From a virus (taxonomy: Duplodnaviria; Caudoviricetes), in the IMG/VR virus record IMGVR_UViG_3300017747_005287, positions 1 through 50,847 of that record: 50,847 bases of DNA, one strand, 5' to 3'. Below the pieces are notes generated by a model that was given only the letters and a program-made list of their open reading frames with translations, was not told where the DNA came from and did no database searches. Both the position numbers and the translations under genes were made by a program. Positions 38,147 to 46,414 of this stretch are shown here, piece by piece. How positions within the stretch are numbered: position 1 is the stretch's first letter; each line of letters starts with the position of its first letter.

Positions 38147-38178
38147 GTTGGAGGTTTGAATATTTTTTCTTATTATCA
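38147..38178 (+). promoter_or_regulatory. Bacteroidota-type early promoter
   Basis: GTTG-N20-TATTAT upstream of ORF 38193. Confidence 0.5.
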
Positions 38179-38192
38179 ATAAAACCTAGAGC

Positions 38193-38444
38193 ATGAGAAC
38201 AAAAAGCGTTATTAGAACGATAAATACTATTTGCGGAAAAACTATTAGCTACCTACAAGTCGATGGACAGGTTAGTAAAATGCATTCTGTAGACGGACCG
38301 GCCCTGATTTATGCCGAAAATGAAGGCAAAGCACCCGAATATTACCTTTACGGAATCCGGTATTCAAAAGCAGAATGGAAAGAAAGACTAACCCAGAAGA
38401 AAGTTATAGCTCCTACAGATATATCTTCTGATTCACTACTTTAA
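38193..38444 (+). CDS. Small protein with a single H..DGPA repeat unit
   Basis: KMHSVDGPALIY...EYYLYG resembles LHREDGPA-type repeats. Confidence 0.7.
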   Translation: MRTKSVIRTINTICGKTISYLQVDGQVSKMHSVDGPALIYAENEGKAPEYYLYGIRYSKAEWKERLTQKKVIAPTDISSDSLL

Positions 38445-38446
38445 AC

Positions 38447-38453
38447 TATTTAT
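38447..38453 (+). promoter_or_regulatory. TATTTAT motif (putative late promoter)
   Basis: Before ORF 38468 and terminase. Confidence 0.6.
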
Positions 38454-38467
38454 TAATAAACGACACT

Positions 38468-38926
38468 ATGATATTTAATCTACCAAAGTTCTTAGTAGAG
38501 AACAGATTAACTAAGCGTTCCAAGTTGAACGAAGAGGATAATGTCGGTGGCATGACTAAAACTGATGCCGAAAAACTGGCCATGGGAGCAGAACAAGGTG
38601 ATGAAGAGATGTTTGATCCTGATGCCGATAATCCTTATAAATCCGATGACGAGAAGGAAGATTTTGGAGGCGAAGTAGAAAAAGAACCGGCACCAACAAG
38701 CGTTAGGACTGATAGACAGACTAAAAATCTACATACTAAAGAACTTAAATTAAAAGGTCTAGAAGACCAAAAAGATGCATTATTAATGCAGCTTAAGAGC
38801 GGACAATTAAGTCTAGATCAATATAAAGCCGCTATTGGTAATATTCCTGCACAAATTAAAAAACTAAGAGCCGATATTCAAAAGGCTATGCAACCTGAAT
38901 TAGATGATCAAGACGATCTAGCTTGA
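38468..38926 (+). CDS. Hypothetical protein, putative head-associated
   Basis: MIFNLPKFLVEN leader, acidic. Confidence 0.75.
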   Translation: MIFNLPKFLVENRLTKRSKLNEEDNVGGMTKTDAEKLAMGAEQGDEEMFDPDADNPYKSDDEKEDFGGEVEKEPAPTSVRTDRQTKNLHTKELKLKGLEDQKDALLMQLKSGQLSLDQYKAAIGNIPAQIKKLRADIQKAMQPELDDQDDLA

Positions 38927-38946
38927 GGGGTTATAAATTTTTATAA

Positions 38947-40539
38947 ATGACGACCACGCGTACAGCTATAGGTGATGCAATTAAACAAGAATTAATACGG
39001 TGTAAACAAGATCCTGTATACTTCATGAAGAAGTACTACACTATTCAACACCCTACTAGAGGTAGAATGACCTTTAATCTCTACCCGTTTCAGGAAAAAG
39101 TTCTTAGACTTCTACAAAGACACGATTACACGATTATAAATAAGTCGAGGCAGTTAGGTATTTCTACCTTAACCTCTGCATTTGCACTGTGGATGATGTT
39201 GTTTGAACAGGATAAAAACGTTCTCGTTCTTGCAACTACACAAGCCACAGCTAAGAATATGGTAACAAAGGTGAGATTTGCCTACGATAATCTACCTACT
39301 TGGCTACAAATGCCTGTATTAGAGCATAACCGCTTGAGTTTACGTTTAAAAAACGGTTCACAAATTAAAGCCGTTTCAGCTGCCACAGACAGTGCTCGTT
39401 CAGAAGCGGTATCACTACTTGTAATAGACGAAGCAGCCTTTATTGATAGAATTGAAGACATATTTACAGCCGCACAACAAACACTTGCAACCGGAGGTCG
39501 ATGTATAGCCCTCTCCACACCAAATGGAGTCGGTAACTGGTTTCACAAAGAATTTACTCGTGCACAAAACGGGGAAAATAAATTTACTCCTATTGCTCTT
39601 CCATGGACTGTGCACCCAGAAAGAAGCCAAGCCTGGCGTGATGAACAGGACGCAACCCTAGGTAAGAGAAATGCTGCTCAAGAATGTGATTGCGATTTTA
39701 GTACATCAGGTAACACCTTCCTAGAACCTGATACATTAAACTGGTATCAGTTAAATACAGTGAGAGAGCCGCTAGAAAGAAGGGATATGAACCACTCTTA
39801 CTGGTTATGGGACTATCCAAATTCGATGGCTACTTATTTAGTAGTAGCAGACGTAGCACGCGGAGATGGATTAGACTTTTCTACCTTTCATGTCATAGAG
39901 ACAGAAACTATGACCCAGGTCGCCGAGTTTAAAGACCAATTAGGTACAAAAGACTTTGCACGTAAGTTAGTTTCAGTAGCTGTAGAATGGAATAACGCAA
40001 TGCTTGTGGTAGAGAATGCAAACATTGGATGGGATGTAGTAACAACAATACAGGAAATGGGTTATCCAAACCTATACTACTCTCCTAAATCAGAGATAGT
40101 AGGCACACAGATCGAGCTTTACGTAGAAAAATTTGATAGAGGAGATGGAATGGTACCGGGATTTAGTATGAATCAAAGAACGCGCCCTCTCGTACTTGAA
40201 AAAGCAAGATCATTCCTAGAAGAAAAAAGCGTTGTGATTAGGTCCCAGAGACTTCTAGATGAGTGGCGAGTGTTTATCTGGAAAAACGGTAAAGCACAAG
40301 CCCTCCAGAGCTACAACGATGACCTTGTGATGTCTCACAGTATTGGCTTGTTTTTACGTGATACAGCAATCAGATTCCGTCAAACGGCTATGGACCTGGC
40401 TTACGCAAGTCTTAATAATTACACTAGAACACAGGGTGGATTTCAGGTTTATACCCCAAATAATAGTCAAAATCAACAAAATCCATGGCAAATGCCCGTA
40501 AATGGCCAGCAGGAAGACATCGGGTGGCTACTTGGATAA
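38947..40539 (+). CDS. gp17: Terminase large subunit (T4 gp17-like)
   Basis: KSRQLGIST Walker A, LLVIDEAAF Walker B, STPNG, DVARG..D, VVENAN, NDDLVM. Confidence 0.96.
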   Translation: MTTTRTAIGDAIKQELIRCKQDPVYFMKKYYTIQHPTRGRMTFNLYPFQEKVLRLLQRHDYTIINKSRQLGISTLTSAFALWMMLFEQDKNVLVLATTQATAKNMVTKVRFAYDNLPTWLQMPVLEHNRLSLRLKNGSQIKAVSAATDSARSEAVSLLVIDEAAFIDRIEDIFTAAQQTLATGGRCIALSTPNGVGNWFHKEFTRAQNGENKFTPIALPWTVHPERSQAWRDEQDATLGKRNAAQECDCDFSTSGNTFLEPDTLNWYQLNTVREPLERRDMNHSYWLWDYPNSMATYLVVADVARGDGLDFSTFHVIETETMTQVAEFKDQLGTKDFARKLVSVAVEWNNAMLVVENANIGWDVVTTIQEMGYPNLYYSPKSEIVGTQIELYVEKFDRGDGMVPGFSMNQRTRPLVLEKARSFLEEKSVVIRSQRLLDEWRVFIWKNGKAQALQSYNDDLVMSHSIGLFLRDTAIRFRQTAMDLAYASLNNYTRTQGGFQVYTPNNSQNQQNPWQMPVNGQQEDIGWLLG

Positions 40540-40542
40540 AGA

Positions 40543-40549
40543 TATTTAT
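40543..40549 (+). promoter_or_regulatory. TATTTAT motif (putative late promoter)
   Basis: 5 nt before the portal ATG. Confidence 0.6.
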
Positions 40550-40554
40550 TAGAT

Positions 40555-42516
40555 ATGGCAGATCAACAACCACAAAGGAACCTATTTTCGACACTTAAAC
40601 GCCTGTTTTCTACTGATGTTATCATTAGAAACGATGGCGGAACACTTAAGACTGTCGATGTAAATCAAATACAGGTAGACGGCGTACTACAAACGAACGC
40701 ACTCGTTGATCGCTTTAACCGTATCTACACTACATCAACCTCTTACGGGGTAAACCTTAACCTTTCACAGAATTATCAGAGTGCAAGGGTACAGATTTAT
40801 TCTGACTACGAGGCCATGGACACAGATCCTATTATTGCATCCGCTCTAGATATTATCGCCGACGAGTGTACATTAAAGAATTCACAAGGCGACGTAATTC
40901 AAATCCGTTCATCAGATGAAAACATTCAGAAAATACTTTATAGCCTTTTCTACGACGTACTCAACGTTGAGTTTAACTTGTGGTTCTGGATTAGAAATAT
41001 GTGTAAGTATGGTGATTTTTTTCTTAAGCTCGAAGTAGCAGAAAAGTATGGAGTCTACAACGTAATCCCGTTCTCAGCCTATAATATTGTACGCCTTGAA
41101 GGAACTAATCCTTCTAATCCATCAGAGGTGATCTTTAAATACGACCCAACTGCTGCATTAGGCGCTACTGCAGGTTATTCTACCTCATATCAGAACACTG
41201 ACCTAGGTATTACGTTCTATAATTATGAAATGGCACACCTAAGATTAATTGGTGATGTTAATTACCTACCTTACGGACGTTCTTATCTAGAGCCTGGACG
41301 TAGACTGTATAAGCAATACATCTTAATGGAAGATGCGATGATGATTCATCGCCTTACTCGTGCACCACAACGCCGTATTTTCTACGTAAACGTAGGAGCC
41401 ATTCCTCCAAACGAGGTTGAGAACTACATGCAGCGTATGATTAACAAGATGAAAAAAACTCCCCTTGTTGATCAGAAGACAGGTCAATACAATTTGAATT
41501 ATAACGTACAGAACATGCTTGAGGACTTCTTCATTCCTGTACGCGGTAACGATTCTTCTACACGTATTGATAATGCACCACCACTAGAGTATAACGGTAT
41601 TGAAGATATCAACTACCTACTTAATAAATTATTTGCAGCCCTTAAGATACCTAAAGCATTCCTTGGATACGAAAAAGACTTAACAGGTAAAGCTACATTG
41701 GCTGCTGAAGATATTCGCTTTGCACGTACCATCGAAAGAATTCAGCGTATTGTTATATCCGAGTTAACTAAGATCGCCCTCGTACATCTCTATGCCCACG
41801 GATACGATGACGAATCATTAACTAATTTCGAACTTTCACTAACTACTCCTTCTATTATTTACGAGCAAGAAAGAATTGCACTCATGAAGGAGAAGACTGA
41901 TTTAGCAGCTCAAATGATAGAAATTGGATTAATGCCAACTGATTGGATTTACGATAAATTATTCCACTTCTCTGAAGAAGAGTTTGATGAATACCGCGAC
42001 TTGATTATAGAAGATAAGAAGCGTAAATTCAGAATGACTCAAATTCAAGAAGAAGGTAACGATCCGGCAGAAAGCGGACAAGCCTACGGTACACCTCATC
42101 AAATCGCCTCCATGTACGGCGGTTATGGTTCAGCACCATTATCCGGAGAGAATGTTCCACAAGGTTACGACGAAACTAATCCTAGCGAACCCGTGAAACT
42201 TCCAGGCCGTCCGGCAAACAAAGTTTCACTTATTAATACTTCTGACGATCCTCTTGGAAGAGATAGAATGGGTGTGTATGATCTGAAATCAAAACCTAAC
42301 TCAGGTGAAGATGCAGGTGGTTTAAGATCGAAGTTTACAGGAGGAAGCCCGCTATCTTTGAGAGAAAATAAACATACAACTGTAGCAAGTTATTTAACCA
42401 ATAAAGCAGCATTAGAATCATATAAGAAAAATAAGAGAGTTAATATTTACGAGAATGATAAAACTAGTGAGTTATTAGACGAATCACGTATTAGACCAGA
42501 TTCAGATTTAATCTAA
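40555..42516 (+). CDS. gp20: Portal protein (T4 gp20-like)
   Basis: LMEDAMMIHRLTRAPQRRIFYVNVG, MLEDFFIPVRG, LFAALKIP. Confidence 0.95.
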   Translation: MADQQPQRNLFSTLKRLFSTDVIIRNDGGTLKTVDVNQIQVDGVLQTNALVDRFNRIYTTSTSYGVNLNLSQNYQSARVQIYSDYEAMDTDPIIASALDIIADECTLKNSQGDVIQIRSSDENIQKILYSLFYDVLNVEFNLWFWIRNMCKYGDFFLKLEVAEKYGVYNVIPFSAYNIVRLEGTNPSNPSEVIFKYDPTAALGATAGYSTSYQNTDLGITFYNYEMAHLRLIGDVNYLPYGRSYLEPGRRLYKQYILMEDAMMIHRLTRAPQRRIFYVNVGAIPPNEVENYMQRMINKMKKTPLVDQKTGQYNLNYNVQNMLEDFFIPVRGNDSSTRIDNAPPLEYNGIEDINYLLNKLFAALKIPKAFLGYEKDLTGKATLAAEDIRFARTIERIQRIVISELTKIALVHLYAHGYDDESLTNFELSLTTPSIIYEQERIALMKEKTDLAAQMIEIGLMPTDWIYDKLFHFSEEEFDEYRDLIIEDKKRKFRMTQIQEEGNDPAESGQAYGTPHQIASMYGGYGSAPLSGENVPQGYDETNPSEPVKLPGRPANKVSLINTSDDPLGRDRMGVYDLKSKPNSGEDAGGLRSKFTGGSPLSLRENKHTTVASYLTNKAALESYKKNKRVNIYENDKTSELLDESRIRPDSDLI

Positions 42517-42524
42517 TACGTTGA

Positions 42525-42531
42525 TATTTAT
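42525..42531 (+). promoter_or_regulatory. TATTTAT motif (putative late promoter)
   Basis: Before ORF 42549. Confidence 0.6.
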
Positions 42532-42548
42532 TACTAAGCTTAGGATAA

Positions 42549-43400
42549 ATGATAAAACATAGCAAATACAGAAATACAGGGATTTTATTTGAGCTTTTAG
42601 TACGTCAGTCTACCTCAGACTTGATGGTAAACAAGGATCCCAAAGCTGTCAAAATTTTTAAGAAGTACTTCACAAATACGGAGTTAGGTAAGGAGTATAA
42701 CTTATATAATACTATTACAGCTTCACCAAAGCTTACTGAATCTAAAGCCGAAGTATTAGTTAATACTGTTATTGATCAGGCAAAAAAATTAGATAGAGAA
42801 AAGCTTGATAAAGAAAAGTATAACTTAATTAGAGAGATTAAAAAATATTACGATCTCGATGATTTCTTTAAGGCAAAAATACAAAATTATAAAGTATACG
42901 CTTCTGTCTATACACTTATTGAGAATCAATTAACTAAGAAGTTTACAGATACTAAGCAGATTATCACTAATAAGTTAACTCTCCTTGAACATATTACTAA
43001 AGAAGCTTTGACTGAGAGAAAAGTAGCTTCTAGAGTGGTGGAAGAGTTTATGAAAGAAGATAAAGAGATTAGAATACTAGCCTATAGAATACTTGTCGAG
43101 AAATTTAACGAAAAGTATGCAAGTCTTTCAGGGGATCAAAAAGATTTGTTAAAAGAGTATATTAACAATGTTTCTGATACAAAAAAATTAAGAACCTATC
43201 TCAATACAAAATTGCTCGAAGTTAAGACCGAGCTCGTAGACCTTAAGTCTAACGTAGGAGATAAGGTTCTTCAAATAAAATTAAATGAGGTTTTGAATTT
43301 TATTAAGCCCCTCGGTCCAAATGATTCTATTAAAGATGAGGTATTAATCGGCTTAATGCAGTACTACCAATTGATTAGTGAGCTCAAAGCCATAAAATAA
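42549..43400 (+). CDS. Helical head-module protein of unknown function
   Basis: MIKHSKYRNTGILFELL; immediately after portal. Confidence 0.8.
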   Translation: MIKHSKYRNTGILFELLVRQSTSDLMVNKDPKAVKIFKKYFTNTELGKEYNLYNTITASPKLTESKAEVLVNTVIDQAKKLDREKLDKEKYNLIREIKKYYDLDDFFKAKIQNYKVYASVYTLIENQLTKKFTDTKQIITNKLTLLEHITKEALTERKVASRVVEEFMKEDKEIRILAYRILVEKFNEKYASLSGDQKDLLKEYINNVSDTKKLRTYLNTKLLEVKTELVDLKSNVGDKVLQIKLNEVLNFIKPLGPNDSIKDEVLIGLMQYYQLISELKAIK

Positions 43401-44332
43401 TGAACAATCAGTTCGCCACACAATTTTTACTTGAAGATCTCGAAGATGTATCTCACGAAGAATTACCTTTTGACATAGAAGGAATGGTCGAAAAAGCGAT
43501 GTCTTTTGGTTTGACTCGAATCGAAGCATTAGCAATGGTGCAGGAGATTATTAAGAACTTTAAGCTAGACGAAGACGGAGCAGCTGCAGCTCCTGCAGGC
43601 GGAGGAGGTAGTACGACAGGAGGCGGGTCGACCGCAGGCGCATCATTTACTCCAGGTACTGGAGAACAATACGCATCTACAAAAGCATTCAAAGGTACAC
43701 GAAAGAAAAAGTATCAAGAAGATGCACCCCGTCTTGCCGGTGATCCTTCCAAAACGACTTCTCAAGGAGCTAAAAATCTTTCTGCTTATTCTAGTGTTGG
43801 ATTTACCAAAGCCCCAAATGCTGAAGAGGCTGGCGAAAAAATGAAAAGTATCGATGTTAAGATGCTCTGGAAAGAAGGAAATGGTGAGGTTGAAGTGAGC
43901 TGGAGTATGATCAAGGATACAGTAAAAATGCTAGGTAAGAGAGATTTAGGTATTGAACCGAATTCCCCAACCGGACAGGCATTTTTAAAAGACGTAGAAG
44001 AAGCTTTCAACGAAGGTCTTATAGCAAGCGAAAACGACTTAATACATTTTATACACGGCTATAAGGAAACTTTGAGAGAATCTCGAGCCTACTCCCAATT
44101 TAAAAAGCAAGCTGCTATTAGGTCTAAGGATCAGCAAATGCACGAGGCCGTAAAAATGATTCACAACAAACTCGAAGAGGTATCTAAACTTGTAGAATTT
44201 GCTCAGCAAATGAGAACTGAGTTATCTGAAGGTGAAAATACTCTTGAATATAAGCATAACACAAAAAAGATATTTGAAAAAATCAATTCTAAAGTAGTTG
44301 AAGTCTATACAAAAACCAGAAATTTAAAATAA
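43400..44332 (+). CDS. Head-module protein containing a copy of the capsid N-arm
   Basis: STTGGGSTAGASFTPGTGEQYA at 43610-43675. Confidence 0.8.
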   Translation: MNNQFATQFLLEDLEDVSHEELPFDIEGMVEKAMSFGLTRIEALAMVQEIIKNFKLDEDGAAAAPAGGGGSTTGGGSTAGASFTPGTGEQYASTKAFKGTRKKKYQEDAPRLAGDPSKTTSQGAKNLSAYSSVGFTKAPNAEEAGEKMKSIDVKMLWKEGNGEVEVSWSMIKDTVKMLGKRDLGIEPNSPTGQAFLKDVEEAFNEGLIASENDLIHFIHGYKETLRESRAYSQFKKQAAIRSKDQQMHEAVKMIHNKLEEVSKLVEFAQQMRTELSEGENTLEYKHNTKKIFEKINSKVVEVYTKTRNLK

Positions 44333-44336
44333 AGTC

Positions 44337-44471
44337 ATGGCAAAAGGAAAAGGTGGAGGAGACTCCAGAAAAATCACCTTCGGTAAGCGTAAAACAGGTT
44401 CGGCGAAGAAAAGTTACAATAAACATAGCCCGAGACCAAAAGCCTATCGCGGGCAAGGAAGAAGACCTTAA
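44337..44471 (+). CDS. Small basic protein (44 aa, not in ORF track)
   Basis: MAKGKGGGDSRKITFGKRKTGSAKKSYNKHSPRPKAYRGQGRRP fills the gap exactly. Confidence 0.75.
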   Translation: MAKGKGGGDSRKITFGKRKTGSAKKSYNKHSPRPKAYRGQGRRP

Positions 44472-44474
44472 AGA

Positions 44475-44481
44475 TATTTAT
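44475..44481 (+). promoter_or_regulatory. TATTTAT motif (putative late promoter)
   Basis: 4 nt before ATG 44486. Confidence 0.6.
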
Positions 44482-44485
44482 TATT

Positions 44486-45646
44486 ATGAAAAACATTCAA
44501 GCTCAATATCAAGACCTTCTAGAAGGTAAGATGTCTAAGGTAAATTTTATGCGTAATGTACGTATGCAATTTCCTCAACATATATCTCCTACTACTTCTT
44601 ACGATGATTCTGTAAGAATTTTAAAAGGGAAGCGTATACTTTCTGAAGCTAAAAAACCAGAAGGCGTTTACGGACATAATCCGAATGCCGAAACGGATGA
44701 GTACAGAGGTATTGATCATTTAAACTACTATCAAGTATACCATGGCATTCAGTATGAGCTTGCTAAAATGCCTGAGATTACTGATGAAAATTATATCAAG
44801 GCTAGAAAGAAGGTGGTAGATACTATCATGAAAGATCCTGATGCATATAAAGATTTGCAGCTTGCAAATTTTAAAGCTGTTAAAGAGATGGACAAGGATC
44901 TTGAAATGAAAGATGTAAAAAAGAACAACCTCAACGATAAGCCAAACGAGATGAAGGTTGTTAAGAAGGACGCTACAGCCAATACTCAAGATACTCTCGA
45001 GAAAAAAGAAAAGAAGAAAGCCAAAAACGGTAAAGGTCTTGAACACATGACCCAGACCCCTAAAGGGAAGTTAGAAGCTTTTGCTACTCCAGGAAAAGAA
45101 AAAGTGATGGCTCTCAAAGAGCACATCCTTGACGAACTGACTACCCAAAACCCGCATCACGAAGATTTTCATAAGGGTATGGAAGTTTATAAAAAAAAAG
45201 GTGATGGCGTTCCTGGGAAAGTAATCGAATTCGATGGGCATACTGCTACAGTTGAGTGGCAAGATGGTCACAAAGAAGACTTACAAAAGAACGTTCTTAC
45301 AAAAATTAAGCCTGAGAAAACTACTATGGAGTTACCTTCTAGCGAGCAAAAGCCTCGTACAATGGTTCCATGGAGTAATAATGAAGAAAAAGTAAATGAA
45401 GATCCTGTAGGTCAACAAGCTGCAGGTGATCCTGAAGAAGAAGAGAGTTTACGTAAAAATGTAATTAAGAGAGAAGATAAGATTAAGGCTTTGAAAGAAA
45501 AGCTTGTCAAAGCTATGAAAAAAGAAGCTGTAAGATATAATATTGGTACAGTATCTCCGGATACAGAATATAGAAAAGGTGCAGATCCCTCTCTTGAAAG
45601 AGAGCTTCAGAACGCTGGGGTTAAGTTTACGAAAACTAACGTATAA
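44486..45646 (+). CDS. Charged prohead core-like protein
   Basis: 386 aa, K/E-rich, several L-x-E sites, directly upstream of protease. Confidence 0.75.
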   Translation: MKNIQAQYQDLLEGKMSKVNFMRNVRMQFPQHISPTTSYDDSVRILKGKRILSEAKKPEGVYGHNPNAETDEYRGIDHLNYYQVYHGIQYELAKMPEITDENYIKARKKVVDTIMKDPDAYKDLQLANFKAVKEMDKDLEMKDVKKNNLNDKPNEMKVVKKDATANTQDTLEKKEKKKAKNGKGLEHMTQTPKGKLEAFATPGKEKVMALKEHILDELTTQNPHHEDFHKGMEVYKKKGDGVPGKVIEFDGHTATVEWQDGHKEDLQKNVLTKIKPEKTTMELPSSEQKPRTMVPWSNNEEKVNEDPVGQQAAGDPEEEESLRKNVIKREDKIKALKEKLVKAMKKEAVRYNIGTVSPDTEYRKGADPSLERELQNAGVKFTKTNV

Positions 45647-46275
45647 TGAGTAAGCAAGTCTTAATAGAATATTTACCGTTTACCCCTCTACCAAGGCAAC
45701 TACACGAGGCTAGGATGAATCCTAAAGCTCCATTGATTGTAGCCGGTCTTGTACAGGCAGCCGATAAGCCTAATGCAAACAGACGTATTTACGATTTTGA
45801 TACTCTTGCCAAGCAGGTACAATTGTATATTGACGGGCCAATCAAAGAAAGAAGAGCACTCGGTGAACTCGATCATCCTGAATCTTCTGTAATCAATCTT
45901 AAGAACGTTTGTCATAACATTACAAGACTCTGGTGGGAAGGTAAAAACTTGATGGGTGAATTCGAGATCTTAGATACACCTTCAGGTAATATTCTTAAAG
46001 AACTATTCATGAATAACATTACTGTAGGTGTTTCATCACGTGCAATGGGATCGGTTTCACCAATCGGGGAAGGTTTGGTTCAAGTAGAAGACGATTTAGA
46101 ATTAATTTGCTGGGACTTTGTTTCAACTCCATCTACATACGGTGCTTATGTAAAGCCAATAGGTGGATTGAATGAATCTTACAATCCGCAGAGCTTTGAT
46201 CAAAAACAAAGTACTGTTAACAGACTGATTTCAGATATTATCTGTACACAGAGCGGTGTTTGCTGTATAAAATAA
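45646..46275 (+). CDS. gp21: Prohead core protease (T4 gp21-like)
   Basis: NANRRIY, ALGELDHP, GVSSRAMGS, WDFVSTPS. Confidence 0.95.
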   Translation: MSKQVLIEYLPFTPLPRQLHEARMNPKAPLIVAGLVQAADKPNANRRIYDFDTLAKQVQLYIDGPIKERRALGELDHPESSVINLKNVCHNITRLWWEGKNLMGEFEILDTPSGNILKELFMNNITVGVSSRAMGSVSPIGEGLVQVEDDLELICWDFVSTPSTYGAYVKPIGGLNESYNPQSFDQKQSTVNRLISDIICTQSGVCCIK

Positions 46276-46316
46276 AAATTTTTACTAAGAATCAAGGTTT
46301 TCCGTAGAGGCAGGTA

Positions 46317-46395
46317 TATTTATGATAGTATGCCATCCTAATATGGCATCTTGTATTCTATACACCCTTATATTGCTACCCTACTAATTAGCAAT
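46317..46395 (+). promoter_or_regulatory. Late motif plus triple-hairpin 5' leader of scaffold/capsid operon
   Basis: TATTTAT 46317-46323; stems atgccat/atggcat (46330-46349), tgtat/ataca (46352-46364), attgcta/tagcaat (46372-46395). Confidence 0.6.
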
Positions 46396-46414
46396 CTCCC
46401 AAACAAAATTCAAG

